A program made the position numbers and the translations under genes. Shown in pieces: positions 13,201 through 24,932 of a DNA stretch of 64,000 nt (position 1 is the stretch's first letter; every line of letters begins with the position of its first letter). The stretch is taken from NCBI RefSeq assembly GCF_036321535.1, contig NC_087437.1:70434001-70498000 (forward strand), written 5' to 3'. The DNA is from Camelus dromedarius (Eukaryota). The notes under the pieces are model-generated. The model was not told where the DNA came from, did not search any database, and saw only the letters and a program-made list of their open reading frames with translations.

Positions 13201-13463
13201 TATGTTAACCCATTACTATGTCTATTTGCTTTAGACTGGTAGTCATATAGGCTCAAATGCATCCTAAAAAGAATGAGGAAACAAAAAATAAAAGGAGAAA
13301 AAGAGGAGAGAGAGAAAAAAAAATCTAAATTTTTTTCTCCCCTCTCCCACCTTTTATGATTTTGATACCTTTTTTTTACATCTTCATGTTTATTCTTTTG
13401 CAACTCACTGTAGTTATTATATTTTCAGTTATGATTTTCTATAGCTTCCTGCTTTTTTTCTAC

Positions 13464-14342
13464 TTAGAGTAGACCTTCAATATTTCTTTTAGGATAGATT
13501 TAGTATTGCTGAATTCTTTTAGTTTGTTCTTGTCTATGAAATTCTTTATATCTCTTTCTACTCTAAAGGATAGTCTTGCCAGTTAGAGCATCAGAGGTTA
13601 CAGCTTTTTCTCATTCAGGACTTTGAATATATCTTGCCACTCCCTTCTGGCCAGCAGTGTTTGTGTAGAGAAATTGGCTGAAAGCTTTATGGGGGTTTCC
13701 TTGTAACTAACTCTTTGTTTTTCTTTTGCTGCCTTTAGAATCCTTTCTTTATCTTTAACCTTTGCCATCTCAATTATAATATGTCTTGGTGTAGGTTTGT
13801 TTGGGTTATTCTTATTTGGGACCTTCTGTGCTTCCTGTACTTGGATATCTGTTTCCTTCTTTAGTTTTGGAAAGTTTTCAGTCATAATTTCTTCAAATAC
13901 CTTTTCCATCCCCTTTTTTTTCTTCTCCTTGTGGGACACTCTATTATGCATAGATTGGCATGCTTTATATTATCCCATAGGTCCCTTATATTGCTTTCAT
14001 TTTACTTGCTCTTCTGTCTGCTGTTCTGATTGGGTGACTTCTGTTATCCTGTCTTCTAAGTTACTTATTTGTTCCTCTGCATTATCCAGTCTGCTTTTGA
14101 CTGCCTTTAGCTCAGCTCTTATCTCAGCCATTGAGTTTTCTGCTTTTAATTGGTTCCTCTTTATAGTTTCTATTTCCTTTATACAATTTCTGTCTCTTTC
14201 ATAGTCTCTTATTTCTTTCAGTGCTTTTATCACCCCCTTTTTGAAGTCATGATCTAGTAGACTGTTGAGGTCTATACCATTGTTCATTCTTTCAGGACTT
14301 CTCTTGTTCTTTTAATTGGCAGTGGTTCCTCTGCTTCTTCAA
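13464..14342 (-). pseudogene. L1 ORF1p remnant (coiled coil, RRM, CTD); start codon appears mutated to TTG; frameshifts
   Basis: SRLDNAEEQISNLEDR; EEIMTENFPKL..IQVQEAQKVP..PTPRHIII..KDKERILKAAKEK..LARREWQDIFKVL; ends ..GLL* at 13464. Confidence 0.9.
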
Positions 14343-15770
14343 TTTACTTATATTTCTCTGTCTTTGTGGATTTAGGAGGATCAGTTATCTGCTATGGTCC
14401 TTAAAGGCTGTATTTTTGCTTGTTTGTTTGTTTGTTTTTAAAGTGGGAACATTCCTGTGTAGACTCCGCGCATCTAATAGTTTTGTTGCAAGGGCTGTTC
14501 TTAGTATGGGTGGTTGCCATGTCTTTCTTCTGTGTTATGCCTTTTTTTGGAGATGCAGTTGGTATTGTGGTGACCAAAGCCTGCCCTGATTGTTTTTGTT
14601 GAATGAAGCCTCCTTTTTTGTTTTGTGGTTGTCACAGCCTTGACAGGGGCCGGGTCTGCTCCCCTGGTGCTGGAATAGAGCTTCTAGACCGTGTGTGTGG
14701 TAGGCAGGGTTGGAGCACTTCATCTGGGAAGAAGATTCGCTTAGTATACCTCTGCAGAAGATGTCCACTAGGAAGTGCCCTCTGTGGTATTGTCTGTCAC
14801 TTGTTATGCAGGGTTATGAAGTACTCTTTGTTGATGCTACCTTTGTCCCTGCCTTAGCTGCAGGAATATCAGCCATCCACTCTAGTGTCCCCCAGGTTCT
14901 GCGCCCAGGAACCACCAGTGCAGATCTGCAAATGTCAGGAGCTAGCATCTGCCGTATTGAGCATAGCAATCACACACCTGAATTCATGGTGCGCCATAGG
15001 GGTCAGTGCAGACCCCAGCCCTGCATCCGCGTACAGTACTCTGTCCTATTGTAAATACCGCAGAACTCCGCTCACTTCCTGTTTGTCCCAGAGGCACAGG
15101 TTCACAAGCACCAGCAGAGCAAATCCACCCTCTTGCCTGCGGCTGTAAACAAATCTCAGTCCTGCCTGTGAAGTTGCAGGGCCCTTGGGTATGGATTCAG
15201 CTTTCAGCCCCACCTCTGCATAGCAGCACTGAGCCCCACCTCTCTTCTCACGAGAACACAATGGAGCCAAACAGAGACAGCAGCCCCTCCCCGCTATGCA
15301 CACCAGCAGTGGTGCTTTTTTTATGGGGGTCCCAGGCTGTTTTGTTTTGCACAAATCCCCAGCTAGAACTCATGCTGTTCTCCAGGAACCTGAGGCTGCC
15401 TCTGTCCATTGGGCCCTAGCCCTCTCCACTGACTCATCACTGATCGATCTCCAGCAGCCATTCCCAACTTATCCCTTCCAGCTCGGATCTAGGGCTAGGG
15501 ATCGCAGGGACCCTCTGTGCCAGTTTCTTTTAGTTCTGTCTGCCAAGCAACTGCCACTTTCTCCTCTGAGCCTCGGAAACTCTGCTTCTGTCCCACTGAC
15601 TTCCCTGCGGATTTTGTAAGAATCCTCCTGTATTTCAAAGAGAGATGCTCTGCCAGACTTTGGTAGGTATTCTGTGCAATTCAGTAGGTCTGTAGATGTA
15701 ATTCTTGCTGTATTTGTGGAAGAGGGTAAGCTGTGAGTCTCTTTACTCCGTCATTTTGGCACCTCCCCTG
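14343..15770 (-). promoter_or_regulatory. L1 5'UTR / internal Pol II promoter (decayed)
   Basis: GC-rich segment upstream of ORF1 with residual CpGs; YY1-type motif near the 5' end degenerate (CAAAATGAC vs CAAGATGGC). Confidence 0.7.
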
Positions 15771-15784
15771 TGATTATTATTTTT

Positions 15785-17260
15785 TAAGAAGGTAATAAAT
15801 CCTCAAAGCTTTGTTTTATATCAGTTTCTCTTTATTTATTCTTAGACATTTTTTAATCTATGGTTTGATAGCTTTTGTAAATTTTGGAAAATTCTTGACC
15901 GTTGTTGCTTTGAGTTTTGCTTCTGCCCATTCTCTCTACCCTTTTCTTCTGTAACTAAAATTATCTGTACATTGGACACTTTTCTTTTTCTACCAATGTC
16001 TCATTTGTCTTTCTTCTTGTATTTTTCATTCTTATTTCTCTTTTTTTTCAGTCTAGCTATTTTCTATTAACCTAATTTCAAAGTTTATGAATCCCTTTCT
16101 CTATTGTGTCTAATCTGCTGTTAAACGCATTCATTGAATTCTTAATTTAGTTATTTTATTTTTAATACTAGAGTATCATTTGTTATTTTTATAGATTCCA
16201 TTTCTCTGGTAATTGTCAAACTTTTTCTTTATTTTTTTTAAACTATATTAAGTATCAATTAACCAGTCACAAATTAATCAATTATTAAGTTAATTATATT
16301 TATTATCAAAACATATTCATTAACATTTATTATTAAACCAATTAATCAGCATTTAAAAGTCCATGCCTGATAATTCTATCTGTATAATTTTTTGAGTTTA
16401 TGTTTATTTTTTGTTGGTTTTTGGTTATTTGATCCTAACTAGTGGCACACCTGATGGTCTTTGCATATGAAAAATTGAGAAGGTTTTGTATGATATTGTA
16501 TTTTTCCAAGGAGGATTTGATTTTCTTCTTGCAGATAATTAAAGTTAATTCACCTTGATCTAATCAGGAATTGAGATGATTTGAAATTGGGTTTCTAGCT
16601 TTGTGATGGTTAGCCTTTTTCTGCTTTGCCCTTACTCCTATAAACAGCCATTTAGAGGTTCAAATAAAATTATGGGATATTTTTCAGGTGGCCCCTAAAC
16701 TCCAGTTTTTGCCTCCTTGGTACCATAGTAATGTAGTACTTGGCACTGGATGTGATGTTTAATTTTCTAGTATCTAGGTTGATGCTTTCTGCTTGTTTTA
16801 GGGGTCTTTTCATCCCATGAAAGGGAATTTGCAAATGCTTCAAAGGTTAAAAATATAAAGGTGTAAAAGTATATAGGCTTCACCTCATTGTATTTACCTT
16901 TTGTCCAGGATCTTGGCTCCTTATGGTGTGGCTATCCTGACAGTTTTGTGGTGTAATTTTTACTATCTCTCCTCCACTAGACTACTTAATTCTCTGATCC
17001 AGATCTTTGTGCTCAGTCTCTCAGCCCTATGATACTTAGGATCACTTGAGTGCAACAGTGGTAGACATCATAGGGCTTACGTCTATACTTTTTTCCTTCT
17101 TTACAGTATCTTGAGTTTTAAGTTGAAACCACTTTGGTTGGTCCCAGAGCCTTCAAAGAGTTTTTTAAAAATAATTTTTATTTTATTCAGTTTTTATAGT
17201 TTTCTAAGCAGAAGGGGTATTTTGATACAAGCCCATCCTATCATGGTAGAACTGGGGGTC
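15785..17260 (-). mobile_element. Old L1M fragment (ORF1/5' region), right half of the split host element
   Basis: AATTTTGGAAAATTCTTGACC, GTGTCTAATCTGCTGTTAAA..CATTGAATTCTTAATTT antisense ORF1-like motifs. Confidence 0.65.
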
Positions 17261-18479
17261 CTCTTATAATGCTGTTTTGATTATCAGTTTATTTGGGAGT
17301 GGCTGGGAATTCACTACTTTATTTCTTTACAAAGTAACTTGCAAAGATACCCTTCTTCTTCCAATTGTATTTTATATTTCCCTTTATATGAATTCCTTAC
17401 ATATATTTAGATCTAAATATTATTTCTGCAGTATTTAAAAATACAGTAAGACTTTGTTACTGAAATTCATTTGGCTAGTATGAACTGGTCAGTCTCTATT
17501 TGAATGATTACAGTAACCACCTAATTAAAGCTATACTGCTCTGAAATTTAAAAATTACCAAAAGTAATGTTTTCTAAAAGAAAGTTGGTTTCCCTGGCAC
17601 AAAGAAAATCTTGTAATTTAGGTAATTACATGCATTCTGAGAATCCAAATAATACCAATAGTTTTAGTAGGCTATAATATCCTTCTCCAGTTTTTGTACT
17701 AAACTATGATTAATGTTTTCCTGTGTCATAAACTGGTGCCAGGTTCCTTTAACCATGGGTAAAGGAGTTTATAAAGGAAAAATCAATGTTATTTAAAAAC
17801 TCTAATTCATGTGTATCTTGTGGTAATAGTAGTGAATAACTAGGTAAAGAAAGTAGTTTCATAAATGAGGCATAAGTAGTTTTTTAAATTATCTTCATTT
17901 ACTGATTTTTTTCTCTAACTTTCTTACCTCCCTGGATAATGTGATGAACCAAGTATAATATAATATTCAATTAGTAAAACCAGTAGCAGCAGATAAATAT
18001 CAGTGTTTGTCCTAGGAGATCCTGTACTGGAAACTTGGATAAAATGAAGCAGTTATAATGGAAGTTGAACAGAAAGGACCTAGATTAAGCATATCTCTTT
18101 AGATAACTGGAGATTTCTTTATTGTTATTAACAACACTTTGTATTTTATGGTGCTTCAAGTCTCAAAAGTTAAATACATTTTGAAACAGAGAATGAAAAT
18201 AAGTAAATGTACCAATTAATTATCGCAGGGGCTCTAGAACCCTTAAAATATCTTTTTTCTTATCTTCCTTTTTGCCCTGCTAATCAGAGATATATCTTTC
18301 TTTCCAACTTCTAAGTTGTTTACCATACACCTGCTTACCATTTGTCTGTGTTTTAAACTACTATGGTTAATAGAAGTTTATGGCTCTAAGTGGTTTGCAA
18401 AAAATTTAGAAAAATATTATAAATCATGGGTTCTTTTGATTCGAAAGTATTGAAAAACAAACCCTGAAGTAGAAGTCAG

Positions 18480-18680
18480 GTGGCCAGTAATGTAGCTCCA
18501 GTTATGTGTTGCTGTTAGGCAAATCTCTTATCTTCTATTAACTCTAATTTCCTCCCTCATAAAATGAGACATTTTAAAGCATATACCTTACTTTCTCAAA
18601 AATTAATTATGAAGACCAAATGAAAAGAAGCCTCTTCCCCAAATAAAAGTATTATGCAAATATAGGAGATTATTATTGTT
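18480..18680 (+). mobile_element. MIR SINE
   Basis: Degenerate MIR core (AGGCAAATCTCTTATCTTCT..TTTCCTCCCTCATAAAATGAG). Confidence 0.55.
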
Positions 18681-20489
18681 ATCCCCTCCTCATCATTATT
18701 GGTGCTGATGATAGTGATGACGATAGCACTGCTCAGAAGCATAAACAGTTTTGTTAGAAATTTTCTCTGGTTTCCCTGATGATAAATATAAAGTATTTAT
18801 CTTTCTTCCTATCTGTAACTTATTAGCATCCTTTGTATTTTTGTTTTGGTTACTTTGTTTTTTTAAAAAAGATACCAAATTTGCTCTGTGGATTTTACTA
18901 GATCAATCAAGTAACAAGCTTGGATTAATTCCTTCGGCAGTAACAGTGAGTTATAAATTCAGTGAATTTAACAAACTGGGACAGGATTCTATCTCATTAA
19001 GAATAGGTCCCCTAAGGTCTCTGAATGCATTTTACTCATTTTTGAGTAGAGAAGCAATAGTCTGCTTTGGAGCAAACTTACTGAATTACAAAGGGGAAAC
19101 AGTTTATCCTTGAACCATTGTGAAATTCAGGGAATGAATATATTCACCCAAGGCCAATTTTGTAACATAAACAAAGAAAATATTAGTTCCTTTAAAGGGC
19201 CGTGCATTATTTTAATTCATGTAATCATTAAATTGATTACTTGAAGATCACAGATCATTAATTGATGGATTTTAAATAAAAAGTATGATAAGGTGATAAG
19301 AAAATAAGTATACATTACATCAGAGATGTCATTCAGATATACCTGGAAAATACATTTGTGTAATTAGGGAGTATGACAGCAATCTGTGAAACCAGTTTAT
19401 TAGTAAATAGATTTCTACCCTGAGAGGGTTTGGCACACTATAGCAGGTTTCAGGATACTTTTCACAGTCCAAAGAGAGTCAGAAATGAATGGATAATATC
19501 CTCCTTTCTTCATTAATATGAATTAATAAAATTGTATGAGTTTTCCATTCATGTCCATATTGAAAAGACTGAAAAGCATTGTAATGCACTATACTTAAAA
19601 TATAAAATATATTTCATATAAACAATTTTAGAATACAGGGCTAAAGCATACATGTTATCACATTTGTCTTTGACCTTTGATTTACTCGCACAGTGCCTAG
19701 AATATGGTGACTCTCAAAAAATCGTTCAATTGTATGTTGAAAAATGAATACAGTAATGAACACACACAGAAATATGCATAAGATACTCTTTACAGTGATG
19801 GTAGAATACTTAAACTCAATAGTCATAGAAGAGTGCACAAAACGCTAATTTTCATTTAAGCACCCAATACCCTGATTAAAATTTTAAAACTCCTCCTTTC
19901 AATTCCCATCTTTAGGTTTATTTAATGATATGTTGGATCCGTGAAGCTGTTTTCCAGAATTCTTAAAGACAGTATTCTTCAAATTTTTTGGTGTTGTTTT
20001 CTCTACCGTATATAACTTCATAATTTCCTTAATTACCTTCTATTCAAAGTCATTTAAAATATTAAGCTTTTTTTCTTATTTTTATACTTCATTTCCCCAA
20101 TTAAAGGTCATACACTTTACTAAACAAAAATTGGAAGATTTTTAAAAGCTCAAAAAAGAAAATATTCCTATTACCATATTGGTTTACTTTCTCCCAGTCT
20201 AAAAAAGTATCTTTTCAAATATTTTAATCTTAGTGCTTATAATATGTTGTATCTTAATTAACTTTACTTAAAATCTAAGTACCTTTCCCATTTTAATAGC
20301 TACACCATATTCTATTGTGTAGATATTCCATAGTTACTCAGTCCTTACTTATGCCTGGACAGTAATTGTTTTCACTTTCAGTTATTTTAAAAAAGAATGT
20401 GATGAACTTCCTTGTGCATAAACCTTCCCTTCCCCATAGTGTTTAGATGATTTATTTGAGATAAATTCCTAGATTTGGAATAAAACTTT

Positions 20490-20937
20490 ATATGCTGGCC
20501 ATGGAGATTTCTTTTTTAGATCTCCTTTCAAAAGAGACTGTTGTGGAGAGCATAGATGATTGACAGCCTCCAGCTGCCACACCCTTGGACCCACCACAGC
20601 ACTCAGGCATTCATATGGAAGCTGTGCTTCTCCTGGGCTGCTCCTAGCCCAGGAAAATATCAGGAGTACCAGAACTGAGACATCCCTACGCAACATGAGA
20701 TTCTTCTAAGTGACAGCTTTGGCTCAAGGACTCCCCAGCAAACTGGCTGAAACTGTGTCAGAACTCCTCTGCATGTGAAGCTCTTCCTTCTTCTCCTTTC
20801 ATGCGTGTCAGATTTGCATCATGGTCTGAGCACTCTCCTTGCCTAAGCCCCTCCCCCTTTATCACTCACAGGTTATTCCCCCAATAAATATCTCCACACA
20901 ACCAACCGGTCTTGGCACTAGAGGACCTAAACTGACA
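20490..20937 (+). mobile_element. LTR16A-like ERVL solo LTR, inserted in an old L1 fragment
   Basis: GACAGCCTCCAGCTGCCAC, TTTGGCTCAAGGACTCCCCA, CCCCAATAAA, ends GAGGACCTAAACTGACA. Confidence 0.8.
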
Positions 20938-23204
20938 CCCCATATAATCATTATTCAAGCTCTTGATACATAGTGTCCAATTTTCTTTCAAAAAACTTTG
21001 TATTAGTTTACACCCCTACTGCAGTGTAGCTTTTCAAAACTAGATTTTTCTCTTCTTTTTAAAATTTTTATTAATTTGATAGGTGAAAGAATGGTATTCC
21101 ATTTAAAAAATTTCTATTTCCTTCATTAGGTTAAATATCCTTTTTTCCATTTATGATCTATTAAAATTTATCTTTTCAGTGAGAAACTTTTCTTATAATT
21201 CATAGTCATAATTATCATACTTCTTTTTGCTGCATTTTTGGCAGTGTATTTGAATGAGACTCTCATCCAATACTTATTTACCAGTAGTTGGGGTAAAAAA
21301 GAATGTAGAACAAATATCATGATCATTTATTTATGCAAGCCTAAACTAAGACCTTAGATATTATTTATGATTTGCCAGCAGCAACAGTAGTAGAATCCAG
21401 GCCTCCTATATGTCTCCAGGAAAGGCATATAGTTTTAACATTTCTGTAATTAAAATATGTGTGTGCACATGTGTATATGCATGTACAGGCATGAGTAGCA
21501 GGTATGTATAAGTGTGCAGGATTTGTTGGATAAGAGATAAGGCTTAAAATTCCTCTACTGTCTGTCTGTCTATCTATCTATCTATTTATGTATATATCAT
21601 TTTATTCTGTTAGTAATCTTTTTTTTTCTTTTGTTTTCCCTCCACTATCTTTTTCACATCTTTATTTCCAAGGAGTCCCTGATCATCTGATACTTATTAG
21701 GTAGTTAAATTATGCAGGTGCCAATCTTTATGTCCCCAAACACACACAGCTAATCAAGAATAAGACCATTTATTATAAATTTACCTCTAGAATGAGTCCT
21801 CCTTTCTCTGATTTTGAGGATGGATAGATGCTCATTATGATCTGGTAGACAATTATAGCATGCACATTTAGAGTGTAGGTAGATAGAAGAGTACTCTGTG
21901 TTAGGTGTTAAGACTTTTATTTTACTCATTTAAAGACAAAGATTTAAATGTGCTTGTTTAAATTCAACAAGCCCTTAGAGCCATGAGGCCTTGAGGGTAA
22001 GAGGTGCTTAAAACCAAATAGCACAGGAGCTGAAGAAGTAATTATATGCCAGACTGAAGATAGAGCTGAACAGTGAGCTGATTTGGGAACAGGGAATGAA
22101 AAACTGAATTATGTCCCAGGTATCCACATACCAAGAAAACAGACTGGGAAACATTCTTCTTCCTACATTTTACCAAGTTTTATAAAAGATAAAGCTTTTC
22201 AGATGGCTTGCTAATATGATTTCACCCTTCTTTTCTGCATTTTTGCTTTAATCTAAATTTTTTAAAATCTTAATTAGAAGATTGTTTTTAGTAGAGAACA
22301 CAAAGACTTCATAATATCACATGTATTCAGGATTTGAAGTAGCTGGAAATGAAAAATAATTGGAGTGGAATTTCAATGTCCTTATCTCCCCGAAGACCAG
22401 CTTTTAAAAGCCACCTCCCCTCCCTCACCTCTTCCAAAAGGTGGCAATGGTGGGGAAGAGGGCAGGGGAAATCACTCTGAGCAGATTTTAGGCATCCTAA
22501 AGCAGTGGGATTATTATTACATTAAAGGCTTAAAATGTTCCACATTCCTCAGTTGCTTAGAATGTGGTAAGGAGGGGGCAAAGAAGTATATTTCTTAGTT
22601 CCAAAACCTTTCCCAGAGAATCTGGGATATGGTTTAAGAAGACTGTAGGACTGGGTAGTAGGGCTCAGAAGTGACCATAAACCCAAGTTGTTTTTTTTCA
22701 TTTCCCTTAAAATTGACCGCTCATTTCTTGATGAAAGTGAAAGCCATACCTATAAAAGATGTCGATAAGCCCATCGATCTGACTTCCAAAATAGGAATTA
22801 GTTTTACATTTCTAGAAACAGTTTCTTAGACAACTCACTCTGAGTAGAGAAGTATGCCTTTTTTTGCCTATAAACGTTCTTCTAAAAGTTAAGAAATTCT
22901 GAATTTTTGTTGAGAAATATGAATTCCATTTTAGAATCCAGTCAGTGTTGAAGTCTGTTTCTTCATAGTATTTAACAAAACAAAAAGTTCCAAGTTAGCG
23001 ATGGATTCTTGAGCTTCTAAGCAAGTGTATTTTGCTCTGTTATTTTTGACTAAACTGCATGCAAACTGAAAAAGGCCGTGGTATCATATCTTATAGCAGA
23101 TTAAAAGGAAACAAAGAGAGTGGTAAAAGAAAGGGCTACAGTATGATAATGTCCCACATACAGCTTTCACTACTCTGGGATGGTGAGGGGAGAATGAGAG
23201 GATC

Positions 23205-23540
23205 CTGTTCATTTATTTATTCAGTAAATATTTATTAAATGCCAACTGTGTTCTAAGCATAGAGACTGTGGCTCCAAAACTCATAAGACAAAGACCTGAT
23301 TTGGAGGCTCTTACATTCAATGGGAGAGAAAGGAGGAATATCAGGAAAGGGAACATGCAATTTTAATACAGAACGAGTCGCTGTGAGGAGGTGAGCTTAG
23401 ATTTGGGAACTGGCAAGGTTAGGGAAGGCTTTCCTGGAGCCATACCAGTCAACCGACATCTAAAGGATGAAGAGTTTTCCAGTAGGAATCTAGGGAGGTG
23501 GGGGGAGTACATTTCAGGCAATAGGAACAGTGTGTAGGAT
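23205..23540 (-). mobile_element. L2 LINE 3' fragment
   Basis: TTCATTTATTTATTCAGTAAATATTTATTAAATGCCAACTGTGTT..GGTTAGGGAAGGCTTTCCTGGAG. Confidence 0.7.
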
Positions 23541-24169
23541 TTTAGTAGACCAATGGCCCAACCAGATTCCTGCACTAATAGAGACTGACAGGGGCAATTA
23601 CATAAGAGGGGCAAAAACCCTAAGGCGGGGGCCTCCAGTTGTGGAGAGGTGGATGGATTAATGCTGGAGAGAGGTTGATTCTTTCCTGTGGGACTAATAG
23701 GGAAGGAGAAATGGAAGGGTGTGAATGCAGTTGTTTGTAAGTGAGGTACCAAAAAAGTTGATATGTGGCCTTTATTTTATTTTCTCACTGGCTGCAGATT
23801 CTGAAAGGGGACAGGTGGACTAGAAGATTTTGGGAAAAAGGGAAGATTTGAAATAGATGTCATATGCAGAAGTAGAAAGATCAGGGAAACCTGGAAGGAT
23901 TATTAAGCGACATTTAGAGCCCAAGTAAGTGTGGAGACTGAGGATGAGTAGTGGTTAGTCTGTGAGTTTGTGAGACTCTCTTTAGCTTCTGAAATCTAGG
24001 AATGGAGAAGGCAGATAGCTGGACTGCTCCAGGATCGGGTCTGCCTCGATGTTGGTGCTCTTCCTGTTTCTCCTGATCACTTGTCTGTAAAGACTTCTCA
24101 TGGCTGATACTGTGACTTTCTGTTTGAGGGCTTTTTTTTTTTTTTTCTGGATATTGAGCCAGTTTGGTT

Positions 24170-24932
24170 CAAGTGCTGGGTAGGCTTTAAGTGCCAAAGA
24201 TTTAATGTCACTAGAAGAAGCTTTAAGAAAGGTAGCAAGTTAGTGAATAAATATCCTAGCATCTTCACCCTTTATGTGAGATAACTCTGAGACAGGTTCT
24301 GTAGTTTCCTAGACTAGCCCAATAAGAGGGAGCCCCAGTTTACCATAGAGGTAGTTGCTTAATAAATGCATGTCTTATTGACTTCCTATCTGTTTTATTT
24401 ATGGATGTGTAACAAACTACCCCCAAACTTAGTTGCTTAAAACCATAAGGTTTATTGTTTCTCACACTCCTATGGGGTGGCTGGATTTAACTGGGACTTC
24501 TGCTCTGCCTAGTAATACCAGTAGCTGTACTTGACTAGGAGCCTGTCTGGGTCAGGAATGTCCACAATGGCTTCACTTACAAGTGTGAGGCCTCAGTGCA
24601 AAGGGTGGAATAGCTGGGGTCTGTCCCAGCCTCTTTTTAGCCTCATGGTTTCTTATCTGAGCCTTGGCTCAGAACTGGCACAGTGTGACTTCTGCAATTA
24701 ATAGTGAAAACAAGGTATAGGCCCAGCCCAGATTCAAGATCAGGGAGACAAACTCTGTCTCTTGATGGGTGGGGCAGCATACAAGAACAGGGATCTAGAG
24801 CCAGTGCTGGCTGTCTTTGCCAAGTCTCTCATTTCCTTCTATGCCTCACTTTTCTCCTTCACTAGTTTCTGGGGATCATCTCCCAGATAAACTATTTACA
24901 TGAAATTCTTGTCTCAGAATCTTAACCAAAAG
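24170..24932 (+). mobile_element. LTR16C-like ERVL LTR interrupted by an MLT1 LTR
   Basis: ATAAATATCCTAGC..GATAACTCTGAG..GAGCCCCAGTT..TTATTGACTTCCT, resuming at about 24825 with GGGATCATCTCCCAGATAAACTATTTACA..CTTGTCTCAG. Confidence 0.65.
24388..24822 (-). mobile_element. MLT1 (MaLR) solo LTR
   Basis: GTGTAACAAACTACCCCCAAACTTAGTTGCTTAAAAC, CAATGGCTTCACT, CAGAACTGGCACAGTG, AGGCCCAGCCCAGATTCAAG. Confidence 0.75.

Larger units (their letters stand above)
7771..15770 (-). mobile_element. Full-length, inactivated LINE-1 (about 6.9 kb once the nested insert is removed)
   Basis: 5' end reads GGGGAGGTGCCAAAATGACGGAGTA (typical L1 start); GC-rich 5'UTR, ORF1, spacer, ORF2, 3'UTR; TSD TGATGATTATTTTT (7757-7770) / TGATTATTATTTTT (15771-15784), 1 mismatch; TTTT/AA endonuclease site at the right copy. 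Confidence 0.93.

Noticed and set aside
14420..15619. Cluster of 60-137 aa ORFs on both strands
   Set aside because: They lie in the GC-rich L1 5'UTR where stops are rare; no recognisable protein and no support for an ORF0 equivalent
17935..18030. Possible C/D snoRNA (GTGATGA box C)
   Set aside because: No box D (CTGA) at a suitable distance and no terminal stem
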